Origin: an uncultured Planctomycetia bacterium
GTDB taxonomy: Bacteria > Omnitrophota > Gorgyraeia > Duberdicusellales > 4484-171
DNA: 32,000 nucleotides
Direction: 5' to 3'
Assembly: GCA_964536865.1 (NCBI GenBank)
Contig: CAZHYN010000007.1
Coordinates: forward strand, 27,603 to 59,602
In this document: positions 1-9,972 of the stretch, one piece after another
Layout of the letters: every line of letters begins with the position of its first letter
How positions within the stretch are numbered: the first letter of the stretch is position 1
Notes under the pieces: generated by a model
What the model was told of the DNA's origin: nothing
Databases searched by the model: none
What the model saw: the letters and a program-made list of their open reading frames with translations, nothing else
Position numbers and translations under genes: made by a program

Positions 1-582
1 GTTAATAAGACAAATTCTGAGAAGGTCTAAGTTGAGAGAGGAAATGCTAAATCCTGCTTGAGAATTTTCTATCGTAAAAGCTATAAAAAATTGAATAAAA
101 CCAGCAATTGCTCCTGCTCGTATAATCTGCAATCTTCTCCTTAAGCGATAACTTAAAAGGGCCGTAGATAAAGATGCACAAAACAAAGAAATACCTACAT
201 CGAAACTTCCTCCCTGCATGCTTGCAGAGAGATAAGAAATAAATATGGAGAATAAAAGCGATAGCTCTAAATTATCAAATAAAAAAGTGACTAACATTAT
301 AAAACCAATAGCAGGAATAGCATAACCCGATTGCCTAAAAGTTACCGTAGTTAAAAAGGCAATTATCACCCCAATGCTTATTAAAAGAAGCAAATCTATA
401 TAGAAAGGTAAATTTTCTATCTTCCTAAAAAATTTAGCATAGACAAAAAGAAGGAGAGCAAGAATAAGAGGAGAAAAATCTATACTATATAGATAAAAAA
501 CAAAACCACTTATTAAGAAAAAACTAGCAGAAAGAGATATGGTTCCTAAATGAAATTTACTCTTTTTCGTAAAAATCTTCAT
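1..582 (-). CDS. Partial CDS (N-terminal 194 codons, continues past the window edge): polytopic membrane protein, probably the 7TM region of a 7TM-HD (PgpH/YqfF-like) phosphohydrolase
   Basis: Not in the supplied ORF track because it has no stop in the window. My minus-strand translation from ATG 582..580 gives MKIFTKKSKFHLGTISLSASFFLISGFVFYLYSIDFSPLILALLLFVYAKFFRKIENLPFYIDLLLLISIGVIIAFLTTV... and is stop-free to position 1. It has about seven hydrophobic spans. It sits directly downstream of phoH, as in the common phoH-pgpH/yqfF-ybeY neighbourhood. The HD domain, if present, lies outside the window. Confidence 0.55.
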   Translation of the reverse strand, partial: MKIFTKKSKFHLGTISLSASFFLISGFVFYLYSIDFSPLILALLLFVYAKFFRKIENLPFYIDLLLLISIGVIIAFLTTVTFRQSGYAIPAIGFIMLVTFLFDNLELSLLFSIFISYLSASMQGGSFDVGISLFCASLSTALLSYRLRRRLQIIRAGAIAGFIQFFIAFTIENSQAGFSISSLNLDLLRICLIN

Positions 583-1501
583 AAGCTTGAATTATCTTCT
601 GAATTAAAGGATGCCTAACCACATCTTTCTTGGTAAGGTAGACAAATTTTATCCCTTTTATAGGTTTTAAAATTTTTACTGCCTCCATTAATCCAATAGG
701 TTTTCCCCCTGGCAGGTCACTTTGAGTGATATCTCCTGTAATTACTGTTTTTGAATCAAATCCTAAACGAGTAAGAAACATCTTAAGTTGCTCAGAAGTG
801 CAGTTTTGTGCCTCATCTAAAATGATGAAAGCATTATTTAGAGTCCTTCCCCTCATGTAGGCTAAAGGAGCAATCTCAATAACTCCTGTCTCTAAGTACT
901 CCTCAATAGTATCCGGCTCCATCATATCGTATAAGGCATCGTAAAGAGGTCTTAAGTAAGGACCTAATTTCTGGTACATATCACCGGGGAGAAAACCTAA
1001 AGATTCCCCTGCTTCAATTGCTGGACGGGTTAAAATTATCCTACTTACTTTTTGATTGGTAAGGTAATTTACTGCATAGGCCATAGCTAAATAGGTCTTT
1101 CCTGTACCTGCAGGTCCGATGGCAAAAGTTATATCGTAATCCTTCATCGCTAGGAGATACTTTTTCTGCCCCTCAGTTTTGGGAAAAACGAACCTTTTCT
1201 TAGAAGAAGGAACCTTTATTCTAAATGACTGCAAATAATTATCTAAATCTATAGCTGAAGAAAAATTTAACTCTAACTCCTTAGGAGTAAAAACGATACC
1301 TCTTTTAAAAAGCTCATACATCTTATCAAGTAAACTACCTACTTTTTCTACTTGTTTTTCTTCTCCCTTTACTGAAATACCTTCGCTCCTTAGAATAATC
1401 TGGACCTTAAATTTTTCTTCCAGTTCTTTAACGTTCTTATCTCCTACACCAAAGAGTGACTTTATAAACTCGTTATCCTTAATCTTTATAAGTTTCTCCA
1501 T
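557..1501 (-). CDS. phoH: PhoH-family ATPase (PhoH/YbeZ)
   Basis: 314 aa. Walker A is GPAGTGKTYLAMAYAV and Walker B is FIILDEAQN. Typical PhoH length, with GAGGGAGAG Shine-Dalgarno upstream of the ATG at 1501. Confidence 0.93.
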   Translation of the reverse strand: MEKLIKIKDNEFIKSLFGVGDKNVKELEEKFKVQIILRSEGISVKGEEKQVEKVGSLLDKMYELFKRGIVFTPKELELNFSSAIDLDNYLQSFRIKVPSSKKRFVFPKTEGQKKYLLAMKDYDITFAIGPAGTGKTYLAMAYAVNYLTNQKVSRIILTRPAIEAGESLGFLPGDMYQKLGPYLRPLYDALYDMMEPDTIEEYLETGVIEIAPLAYMRGRTLNNAFIILDEAQNCTSEQLKMFLTRLGFDSKTVITGDITQSDLPGGKPIGLMEAVKILKPIKGIKFVYLTKKDVVRHPLIQKIIQAYEDFYEKE

Positions 1502-1516
1502 TCTCTCCCTCTACGA

Positions 1517-2059
1517 TTAATCTTTTAAGGGAATTTTTATAACTATTCCTGGATAAATCTTATCAGGATTCTTAATTATATCCTTATTTTCCTCATAAAT
1601 TACTGGCCATTTCTTCGTCGTTCCATAGAATTTTTTAGATATCTTTTGGAGAGTGTCATTTTCTTTAACTTTATAAGTAGTATATCTAGAGATAACTTTT
1701 TGTTGAGGTATAGCTAACTTAGATTCCTGCTTACCTTCTTGAGGTTTTTGTTCAATAACTTCTTCTTCCAAAATAGTCTCTTCTAGAGAAGGACTTTCAG
1801 AAGGAGGTTTCAGCTCTTCCTCCTTAGACGCAGGAGGAATAAAGGTCTCCTTGGGTTGATGAGGACCTAATTCTACTTCAAATACAATGAATGTCCTGGC
1901 AGTCTTAGAAGGTGTAGGTCTCTTCTTTGGTGTACCTATCAGGTATCCTTGATTACCTTTAATATCCAAATCTCTCCTCGGCTTCTGGATAGTATAAGTT
2001 CTTATCAAACATCCACTAAATACCCCTACCACTAATAAAAGTGGTAATATCCTTTTCAT
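1517..2059 (-). CDS. LysM-domain lipoprotein
   Basis: Signal peptide with lipobox (LLVVGVFSGC). Pro/Glu/Lys-rich linker. C-terminal LysM-like segment YKVKENDTLQKISKKFYGTTKKWPVIYEENKDIIKNPDKIYPGIVIKIP. GGAGGTG SD upstream. The start shares one base with the aspS stop (TAATG). Confidence 0.8.
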   Translation of the reverse strand: MKRILPLLLVVGVFSGCLIRTYTIQKPRRDLDIKGNQGYLIGTPKKRPTPSKTARTFIVFEVELGPHQPKETFIPPASKEEELKPPSESPSLEETILEEEVIEQKPQEGKQESKLAIPQQKVISRYTTYKVKENDTLQKISKKFYGTTKKWPVIYEENKDIIKNPDKIYPGIVIKIPLKD

Positions 2060-3444
2060 TATTCACCTCCTTTTTCCATCAAATCAATATATAACTCCTT
2101 CAATTGAGTTTCTTCCACAGGGGAAGGAGCTTGCGTGAGAAGACAAATTCCTTTTTGTGTCTTAGGAAAAGCAATCACCTCACGAATACTTTCAGAGTTA
2201 GTAATCAAAGTGTAAAGTCTATCTAATCCAAAAGCAATACCTCCATGGGGGGGAGCACCAAATTCTAAAGCACGAAGGAAAAAACCAAAATTCTCCTCCA
2301 CTTCTTGAGAGGTTATCCCTAATAAAAAAAAGATCTTTTTTTGAAGAGATAAAGAATTTACTCTTATCGAACCACTGGCTACTTCTACTCCATTTAGAAC
2401 TAAGTCATATGCTCGAGCTTTTACTTTACTCATATCTTTATCTAAAAATTCTATATCCTCTTCTTTAGGAGCAGTAAAAGGGTGATGATTTGATTTCCAT
2501 CTCTTTTCTTCTTGGCTATATTCAAAAAGAGGGAAATCATAAACCCATAAAAATCGAAATTTTCCCTCACCTATATCCGGTTTATCACAGGAATATTTAT
2601 TAATAGCTTCCTGATAACTTATACGAGGAAAGGGAATTTTAATTTCCACATTCAAAACATCTTTAAAAGTGTAAACAAGCATTTCCTCTACTAAAGAGAA
2701 TATATCTTCCTCATCTATAAAAGAAGCTTCGATATCCAGTTGAGTAAATTCTGGCTGTCTGTCTTTTCTTAAATCTTCATCACGAAAGCATCTCACTATC
2801 TGATAGTACTTATCAATCCCTGAAACCATCAGAATCTGTTTAAACAGTTGAGGAGATTGAGGAAGAGCATAGAATTTATTAGGGTTTAACCGCGAAGGAA
2901 CTAAAAAATCTCTAGCCCCCTCAGGAGTGGATTTAGAAAGATAAGGAGTCTCTATCTCTATAAAACCCTTTTTATGCAAAAATTCTCTAAATTTGTAGTT
3001 AAACCTACTCCTTAAAATGAATTTCTCTAATACAGAAGGACGACGAAGATCAAGATAACGATAATAAAGCCTTATCTCCTCAGAAACATCAATATTTTCT
3101 TCTATAGAAAAAGGCAACTCCCCAGAAGAAGCAAGAATGTCCAGTTTCTCCACCAAGACTTCGATCTCTCCAGTAGTAATTTTAGGATTTTCTGTGCCCT
3201 GAGGACGCCTATTAACTACTCCCCTTACTTTCACCACATCTTCATTCTTTAAACTTTTTGCTTTTTTATAAGTATTACTATATGGTTTAGGAGTGAATAC
3301 TAACTGAGTTAAACCATATCTATCTCTTAAATCAATGAAAATTATCTTCCCATGGTCACGACGACTATGAACCCACCCACAGAGACTAACTTCCCTCTCT
3401 ATATCTTTGTGAGTTAACTCTCCACAGGTATGAGTCCTTAACAT
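2059..3444 (-). CDS. aspS: Aspartyl-tRNA synthetase, bacterial type, lacking the GAD insertion domain
   Basis: Motifs are LRTHTCGEL, GWVHSRRDHGKIIFIDLRDRYG, FIEIETPYLSKSTPEGARDFLVPSR, FYALPQSPQLFKQ, CFRDEDLRKDRQPEFTQLDIE, HHPFTAP, GGIAFGLDRL and AFPKT. It is 461 aa, whereas bacterial AspRS is about 590 aa. Confidence 0.95.
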   Translation of the reverse strand: MLRTHTCGELTHKDIEREVSLCGWVHSRRDHGKIIFIDLRDRYGLTQLVFTPKPYSNTYKKAKSLKNEDVVKVRGVVNRRPQGTENPKITTGEIEVLVEKLDILASSGELPFSIEENIDVSEEIRLYYRYLDLRRPSVLEKFILRSRFNYKFREFLHKKGFIEIETPYLSKSTPEGARDFLVPSRLNPNKFYALPQSPQLFKQILMVSGIDKYYQIVRCFRDEDLRKDRQPEFTQLDIEASFIDEEDIFSLVEEMLVYTFKDVLNVEIKIPFPRISYQEAINKYSCDKPDIGEGKFRFLWVYDFPLFEYSQEEKRWKSNHHPFTAPKEEDIEFLDKDMSKVKARAYDLVLNGVEVASGSIRVNSLSLQKKIFFLLGITSQEVEENFGFFLRALEFGAPPHGGIAFGLDRLYTLITNSESIREVIAFPKTQKGICLLTQAPSPVEETQLKELYIDLMEKGGE

Positions 3445-3449
3445 AACCC

Positions 3450-4694
3450 TTAAGAAATAAAAAAATCAAGTATACGAGAATACTCCACAGTTTTTTGATA
3501 AGATTTTTTCATATCCCTTACTATTAAATAACCTTGTTTTATCTCCTCATCGCCTACGATAATAACAAAATCCGCGCCTGCTTTTTCAGCGCCGCGTAAT
3601 TGACCCTTAAGAGACCTTTCTTTATAGCTGATATCTGAAGAAATCTTATTTTCTCGGAGGATATTCAATAACTTGTAAGCTTGGGGGTAAACATTGGGTG
3701 AAGTATAAGCTACAAAAACTAAAACTTTAGGGACAAGATTGGGTTTCTTTAGAAGTAATAACATTCTCTCCAGACCTAAGGCAAAACCTATTGCTGGAAT
3801 AGATGGTCCTCCTAAATTCTTTACCAGATCATTATATCGTCCTCCTGCTCCACAAGCATCTTGACTCCCCAATTGCTTATGAACTAGCTCAAACACAGTA
3901 TTGGTGTAGTAATCTAATCCCCTCACCAAAGTAGGTTGGTATAAAAAGTTAATTCCTAACTCCTCTAGAAGTGAAAGAATTCTTTTAAAATGAGAAAAGC
4001 ATTCACTACATAGGAATCTATTTGAAATGTCTAAATGACTTACTACTTTTCTACAACTTTCTCTTTTACAATCAAGAACTCTTAAGGGGTTAGTTTTTAA
4101 TCTCTTTTGACATAGAGGGCATAGCTTACTTCTATAAGAAGTTAACTCTTTCTTCAAAAAATTAATAAGATTAACTTTATCTTGATGGCATCCTAAGCTG
4201 TTCACCTTTAGTTCGATATCTTTTATTCCACATTCCTGAAGAATAGATAAAGCAAGTTTGATTACTTCTACATCTAAGTAAGGACTGTTAGAACCAAATG
4301 CTTCACAACCTATATGGTAGAACTGACGTAAGCGCCCCTTTTGAGGTCTTTCCCCTCTGAACATTGGTCCAATATAAAAAAACTTGTAAAAATCTTTCTT
4401 GGTATAAAGAGTATTCTCTATAAATGATCTTACCATGCCTGCAGTACCTTCGGGTCTTAATACGATATCTTTACCTTCTATTTTAAACATCTGCTTCTCT
4501 ACTACAATATCAGAACTTCTACCTACACTTTTAGTAAAAATCTCCTCTCGCTCTAAGATAGGAAGAATAACCTCTTGATAGCCAAACGTATTAAATAAAT
4601 TCCTAGCTTTACCTATAATCTCTTGGATAAGGTCAGATTCTGGAGGATAAAAGTCAAGGGTACCTCTTAGGCGCTGACAACTTTTCTTCATCAC
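3450..4694 (-). CDS. hisS: Histidyl-tRNA synthetase
   Basis: Motifs are RGTLDFYPPE, LRPEGTAGMVR, YIGPMFRGERPQKGRLRQFYHIG, GGGRYNDL-like (GAGGRYNDL) and GFALGLERM. 414 aa. The first codon is GTG at 4694 and an ATG follows at 4691. Confidence 0.95.
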   Translation of the reverse strand: MMKKSCQRLRGTLDFYPPESDLIQEIIGKARNLFNTFGYQEVILPILEREEIFTKSVGRSSDIVVEKQMFKIEGKDIVLRPEGTAGMVRSFIENTLYTKKDFYKFFYIGPMFRGERPQKGRLRQFYHIGCEAFGSNSPYLDVEVIKLALSILQECGIKDIELKVNSLGCHQDKVNLINFLKKELTSYRSKLCPLCQKRLKTNPLRVLDCKRESCRKVVSHLDISNRFLCSECFSHFKRILSLLEELGINFLYQPTLVRGLDYYTNTVFELVHKQLGSQDACGAGGRYNDLVKNLGGPSIPAIGFALGLERMLLLLKKPNLVPKVLVFVAYTSPNVYPQAYKLLNILRENKISSDISYKERSLKGQLRGAEKAGADFVIIVGDEEIKQGYLIVRDMKKSYQKTVEYSRILDFFIS

Positions 4695-4699
4695 ATAAG

Positions 4700-4981
4700 T
4701 CAGAGGGGAACTTGAGAGCTGGGTTTCATTTTTAAACCTGGCTTAAAAACAACTACTACTCTTTCAGGTATGGGGACTACTTCGCCAGTTTTAGGATTCC
4801 TGCCGATTTTTCTCTTCCTCTTCTTAAGAAAGAATACTCCAAAGTTGCGTATCTCTACCCTCTCCCCTCTCTGTAAGCTTTCTAAGATAGCATCAAAAGT
4901 ACCCTGAACTATTCTTTTTACTACTATTTGCTTTACTCCAGAGGCTTCACTAATTTTTAAAACAATATCTCTTTTAGTCAT
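4700..4981 (-). CDS. HU/IHF-family DNA-binding protein
   Basis: 93 aa. Contains IRNFGVF...GRNPKTGEVVPIPERVVVVFKPG, the typical HU/IHF beta-arm. GGGGGTGA SD upstream. Confidence 0.9.
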   Translation of the reverse strand: MTKRDIVLKISEASGVKQIVVKRIVQGTFDAILESLQRGERVEIRNFGVFFLKKRKRKIGRNPKTGEVVPIPERVVVVFKPGLKMKPSSQVPL

Positions 4982-5006
4982 GATTTATAAATTTATCACC
5001 CCCTTT

Positions 5007-8000
5007 CTAAAGTGTCAAGGATAAGTTTTCCCTACCAACACAGGAGGCAATCTCCTCCAATACTTCCTCATTTAAATTGAGATGGAACTCCTTAGCTGTC
5101 TTTACTTTTAAGCCGTTGAATCTTTTATTTTGAAGGACAAAACTTACTCTTACTTCCCCTTTATGGCGAATAAAAATATCTTTAAGTTTTTTAAAATCAA
5201 ACCCTCCGTTTTTGACAACGATATTTAATGCCTTCACATCTTTCCATAATTCTTGTATACTCAATACCTTAGTAGCAATTATCTTGGGAATCTTTTCTTT
5301 AAACTCCACTCTCCCTTTTACTGCCACTATTTGAGACTGCTGAAGATATTTGCTACTCTGTTCAAAAACTTTAGGGAAAATAAATACTTCAACAGAACCA
5401 GTCTCGTCCTCAACTTTTAAAATAGCCATTCTTTCTCTCTCTTTTCGAGTAGTTACTAATTTCACTTTATCTATCAAACCTATTATGAAAATCTCCCCTG
5501 ATTCTTCTTTCTCATAGAGGGTTCCAATTTTTATTGTCTTAAGAGTGACAACAAGATTTTCATACTTTTTTAGGGGATGACTGGAAACATACATACCCAA
5601 CAGAGTTTTTTCAAAATGAAGAATTTGCTCTTGAGGCCACTCCTCAATTTGAGGTACCTCTTCCTTGACAGGAGAAGAGAAAAAGAAAAGTTGAGAGGTA
5701 TCCCTCTTTACTCTTTTTCCACTTCTCTCTAAAGTCTTATCTAAGATACTCATCATCTGAGATCGCTTAAGCCCCAAACTATCCATAGCTCCAGATTTTA
5801 TTAAGCTTTCTATGACTTTTTTATTCACTGTGCGAGAATCCACTCTAGAGATAAAGTCAAAAAAGTCTTCATATTTCTTCTCTTTACGCACTTTAATTAT
5901 ATTCTCTAAAGCTGCTTCACCAACATTTTTTATAGCTAAGAGTCCAAAGCGAATGTTACCCTCTTCAGTAACAGTAAAATTGGCAAAGCTAGTATTTATA
6001 TCGGGGGGAAGAACCTCTATACCCATCTTCTTTGCCTCATTAGTATACTCTACTACCTTATCAGTGTTAGTACGCTCACTAGTAAGAAGAGCGGCCATAA
6101 ACTCTACCGGAAAATTAGCTTTTAAATATGCAGTGCGATAAGAGATTAATGCATAAGCGGTAGAATGACTCTTATTAAAACCATAACCAGAAAAGTAGTC
6201 GATTAAATTAAAAATCTTGTAAGCTATCTCTTGAGCGATTCCATTTCTTCTGCATCCTTCTATAAAGAGAGAACGCTGCTCTTCCATAATCTCAGGAATT
6301 TTCTTTCCAATAGCCTTTCTTAAAAGATCAGCCTGCGCTAAGCTAAAACCTGCTAACTGGGAAGCTATTTCCATAGTCTGCTCCTGATAAAGGATGATCC
6401 CATAAGTTTCCTTCAAGATAGGCTCAAGTTTAGGATGTAAATATCTAATGGGTTTTTTGCCCTGTTTACGTTCAATAAAATCAGAGACTAAGCCACTCCC
6501 CAATGGTCCCGGTCTATATAAAGCAAGCACTGCAATAAGGTCCTTAAAATCATTGGGTTTTAACTCCTTTAAGATACGACGCATCCCTATACTTTCTAAT
6601 TGGAACACCCCAATGCTTTCTCCTCGAGAAAGCATTTTAAAAGTCTTTCTATCGTCTAAAGGAATCTTTCCTATATCTATATATATTTTCTTCGTTCTCC
6701 TTATTATTTTAAGAGCCTCCTCTATCACGGTAAGAGTCTTTAATCCTAAAAAGTCCATCTTAAGCATTCCAATCTTTTCGAGAGAATCCATATCAAATCC
6801 TGTTACTATCTCTCCTTCAGGACCCCGAGCCAAAGGTATTCTTTCTATAAGAGGCCTATCGGAAATAACTACTCCTGCAGCGTGAGTAGAGGCGTGGCGA
6901 GAAAGACCTTCTAATTGAATAGCAGTATCAATAAGCTTCTTTATTCGAGAATCATTCTGATAAGTGTTTTTTAAATCAGGATTGATCTTCAAAGCCTCTT
7001 TTAAACTAATATGATGACCTACAGAATAAGGAATCATCTTAGCGATTCGGTCTACTTCAGAATAACTAAATCCCAACACCCTTCCCACATCTCTTACTAC
7101 CGCCCTGGCTAAGAGAGTTCCAAATGTTATTATTTGAGCTACACAATCCTTTCCGTATTTAGAACTTACATAATCTAAAATCCTTTGACGATTCTCATAA
7201 CAAAAATCTATATCTATATCAGGCATAGAGATCCTTTGAGGATTTAAGAATCTTTCAAAAATGAGCCCATACTTTAAAGGATCAATGTCAGTAATTTCTA
7301 AGAGGTAACTTACTATACTTCCTGCGGCACTCCCTCTCCCTGGACCTACAGGGATACCTCTTTCTTTAGCAAATTTTATTAAATCCCATATGATTAAAAA
7401 GTAAGAAGAGAAACCTGTTCTCTTAATAACTTCTAACTCATTCTCTAAGCGATCAGTAACTTCTTTTGTAGGTTGGGGGTAGCGTTTCTTTAAGTTAGTA
7501 TAGCATAACTCTCTTAAATACTCATACTCATCAGATCTATCGGGGGGGAGAAGAAATTTAGGAATATGTACTCCTGAGAAATCCAAAATCAAGTTACATT
7601 TCTCTGCAATCTCCAACGTAGCCTTAACTGCTTGAGGTAAATCTCTAAATAGTTCTCTCATCTCCTTAGGAGATCTAAAATAGAATTTATCGCTACCAAA
7701 CCTAAAATGATCTTTATCAAGAAGAGTACTCTGAGTCTGCAAGCAGAGAAGAACTTCATGAGCAAATGATTCTTCTCTAGTAAGGTAATGGACGTCATTA
7801 GTAGCTACTAAAGGTATGCCCAAATCTTGAGAAATCTTTAAAAGGTATTCATTTACCCTATATTGTTCCTCCAACCCATTATCCATTATCTCCAGATAGA
7901 AATTACCTCTCCCAAACACTTCCTGATAAATATCCGCTATTTTATAAGCTGTATTTATCTCTCCTTTTAATACAGAGTAGGGAATCTCTCCTTTAAGGCA

Positions 8001-8438
8001 GGCACTTAAAGCGATTAAACCCTCATGGTATTTTTCTAACAACTCCATATCCACTCTAGGCTTATAGTAGAAGCCTTCTAGGTTGGCTAGACTCACCAAC
8101 TTAACAAGATTATGATAACCCTGCTTATCTTTAGCTAAAAGAAGTAGATGAAAAATACCTTCTTCGGAATCTTTATAATTTCTTTTAAACCGAGAAGGTT
8201 TCGCTACGTATACCTCACATCCAATAATAGGCTTTATCCCTTTATCCAAACAGAGCTGGTAGAACTTTATAGCACCGAAAAGATTCCCGTGATCAGTAAT
8301 AGCTAACGCAGGTAGATTGTACTCCTTAGCTTTATCTATTAATCTCTCTAGGTGGCATGCTCCATCTAAGAGGCTATACTGAGTATGGACATGAAGATGG
8401 ACAAAATCAGAATTTCTCATTTTACTGACTATTCCCAC
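5007..8438 (-). CDS. dnaE: DNA polymerase III alpha subunit
   Basis: 1143 aa. PHP domain [15 protein letters not shown], then GSAAGS, PDIDIDF and the YQEQ/HhH region. The track start at 8438 is a GTG overlapping guaA. The ATG at 8420 ([12 protein letters not shown]) may be the true start. Confidence 0.97.
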   Translation of the reverse strand: MGIVSKMRNSDFVHLHVHTQYSLLDGACHLERLIDKAKEYNLPALAITDHGNLFGAIKFYQLCLDKGIKPIIGCEVYVAKPSRFKRNYKDSEEGIFHLLLLAKDKQGYHNLVKLVSLANLEGFYYKPRVDMELLEKYHEGLIALSACLKGEIPYSVLKGEINTAYKIADIYQEVFGRGNFYLEIMDNGLEEQYRVNEYLLKISQDLGIPLVATNDVHYLTREESFAHEVLLCLQTQSTLLDKDHFRFGSDKFYFRSPKEMRELFRDLPQAVKATLEIAEKCNLILDFSGVHIPKFLLPPDRSDEYEYLRELCYTNLKKRYPQPTKEVTDRLENELEVIKRTGFSSYFLIIWDLIKFAKERGIPVGPGRGSAAGSIVSYLLEITDIDPLKYGLIFERFLNPQRISMPDIDIDFCYENRQRILDYVSSKYGKDCVAQIITFGTLLARAVVRDVGRVLGFSYSEVDRIAKMIPYSVGHHISLKEALKINPDLKNTYQNDSRIKKLIDTAIQLEGLSRHASTHAAGVVISDRPLIERIPLARGPEGEIVTGFDMDSLEKIGMLKMDFLGLKTLTVIEEALKIIRRTKKIYIDIGKIPLDDRKTFKMLSRGESIGVFQLESIGMRRILKELKPNDFKDLIAVLALYRPGPLGSGLVSDFIERKQGKKPIRYLHPKLEPILKETYGIILYQEQTMEIASQLAGFSLAQADLLRKAIGKKIPEIMEEQRSLFIEGCRRNGIAQEIAYKIFNLIDYFSGYGFNKSHSTAYALISYRTAYLKANFPVEFMAALLTSERTNTDKVVEYTNEAKKMGIEVLPPDINTSFANFTVTEEGNIRFGLLAIKNVGEAALENIIKVRKEKKYEDFFDFISRVDSRTVNKKVIESLIKSGAMDSLGLKRSQMMSILDKTLERSGKRVKRDTSQLFFFSSPVKEEVPQIEEWPQEQILHFEKTLLGMYVSSHPLKKYENLVVTLKTIKIGTLYEKEESGEIFIIGLIDKVKLVTTRKERERMAILKVEDETGSVEVFIFPKVFEQSSKYLQQSQIVAVKGRVEFKEKIPKIIATKVLSIQELWKDVKALNIVVKNGGFDFKKLKDIFIRHKGEVRVSFVLQNKRFNGLKVKTAKEFHLNLNEEVLEEIASCVGRENLSLTL

Positions 8439-9970
8439 TCAATAGTTGCCGGGGGTTTAGAACTAATATCGAACACCACCCTATTTATCCCTTTTACTCT
8501 ATTAATTAAAGTGTTGGAAATCTCCTCTAAAACTGAATAAGGAAGTTTAGCCCAATCAGCGGTCATTCCATCTAAACTAGTAACTACTCTTATTGCTACC
8601 ACATACTCATAGGTACGTTTATCTCCCATAACACCTACTGTCTTTAAAGGCAGAAGTACACAGAAAGCCTGCCACAACTCCTTATACAATCCTCTTTTTT
8701 TAATAATCCCTTCCAAGATACGGTCGGCATTTCTTAAAATCTTTAACCGTTTTCTAGTTATCTCCCCAACAATTCTTACTCCTAAACCTGGTCCAGGAAA
8801 AGGATGGCGAAACACTATTTCTTCGGGTAAATTCAACATTCTAGCAATTTCTCTAACCTCATCTTTAAATAACTCTCGAAATGGTTCAATTAACTTCAAC
8901 TTCATTCCTAAAGGCAAGCCTCCTACATTATGATGAGTTTTTATTCTGGAAGTAGGTCCCCCAAAGAAAGAAACCGACTCAATAACATCGGGGTAGAGAG
9001 TTCCTTGGGCCAGAAACTCCACACCTTTTATTTTTTTTGCTTCTTCTTCAAATACTCTTATAAATTCATGACCGATAATCTTCCTTTTTTCTTCAGGATC
9101 AACTACTCCTTTAAGTTTTGCTAAAAATCTAAAAGAAGCATTAGTGAAACGAAGATCTATTTTAAAATTCTCCCTAAATATTTTTATAACCCTTCTAGCT
9201 TCTCCATATCTTAATAAGCCATTATCTACAAAGATACATTTAAGTCTCTTACCGATAGCTTTGTGAACGAGCACTGCTAAAGTAGAGGAATCTACTCCTC
9301 CACTTAAACCACAGATGACTTTTTTATCCTTCACAACCTTTCTTATCTGCCTTACCTTCTCATCTATGAAATCCTCCATCTGCCAGCTAGCGAAGCAATC
9401 ACATATACGAAAGAGAAAATTGGAAATTATCTGAAGCCCATACTGAGTATGAATTACCTCAGGGTGAAACTGAACTCCATAGATTTTTTTCTCCCTCAAA
9501 CCTACAGATGCATAGGGAGTATTTGCTGTATGGCTTAAGCGTTCAAACTTATTAGGTAACTTAACTGCAAAATCTCCATGGCTCATCCAAGAGGTAATCT
9601 TAGCAGGAAGGGAAAAAAATAAATCCTGATGATCATCTATATACATTAACGCCCTTCCGTATTCTCTCTTGGACGCTTCCTCGATCTCCCCTCCTAGAGT
9701 TTTTATAATAAGTTGCATGCCATAACATATTCCTAAAATAGGAATACCTAAATTCAATACCCGACGGTTTAAAGAAGGAGCTCCCTTTTCATATACACTA
9801 TGAGGTCCCCCGGAAAGAATAATTCCCTTAGGATTTATCTTTTTTATCTTCTCTATAGGAAGATTATGAGGCTCAATTAAACTAAAGACCTTAAGTTCCC
9901 TAATTCGGCGAGCAATAAGCTGGGTATACTGAGAACCAAAATCCAAAATAAGAATTATATCTTTGGGCAT
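8429..9970 (-). CDS. guaA: GMP synthase (glutamine-hydrolysing)
   Basis: GATase motif GICYGMQ. PP-loop SGGVDSS. C-terminal PPATIEWE. 513 aa. Confidence 0.97.
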   Translation of the reverse strand: MPKDIILILDFGSQYTQLIARRIRELKVFSLIEPHNLPIEKIKKINPKGIILSGGPHSVYEKGAPSLNRRVLNLGIPILGICYGMQLIIKTLGGEIEEASKREYGRALMYIDDHQDLFFSLPAKITSWMSHGDFAVKLPNKFERLSHTANTPYASVGLREKKIYGVQFHPEVIHTQYGLQIISNFLFRICDCFASWQMEDFIDEKVRQIRKVVKDKKVICGLSGGVDSSTLAVLVHKAIGKRLKCIFVDNGLLRYGEARRVIKIFRENFKIDLRFTNASFRFLAKLKGVVDPEEKRKIIGHEFIRVFEEEAKKIKGVEFLAQGTLYPDVIESVSFFGGPTSRIKTHHNVGGLPLGMKLKLIEPFRELFKDEVREIARMLNLPEEIVFRHPFPGPGLGVRIVGEITRKRLKILRNADRILEGIIKKRGLYKELWQAFCVLLPLKTVGVMGDKRTYEYVVAIRVVTSLDGMTADWAKLPYSVLEEISNTLINRVKGINRVVFDISSKPPATIEWE

Positions 9971-9972
9971 AC

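Noticed and set aside
3990-4121. Cys-rich segment in HisRS (CPLC...DCKRESC...CSEC) that looks like a zinc finger insertion.
   Set aside because: As I recall, this CxxC-containing insertion domain between motifs 2 and 3 is a common feature of bacterial HisRS enzymes. I do not consider it an anomaly.
8421-8438. The GTG start of dnaE overlapping guaA by 10 nt.
   Set aside because: It cannot be excluded, but the ATG at 8420 gives [12 protein letters not shown], a typical DnaE N-terminus. I kept the track coordinates in the feature list and noted the alternative. It is not biologically notable.
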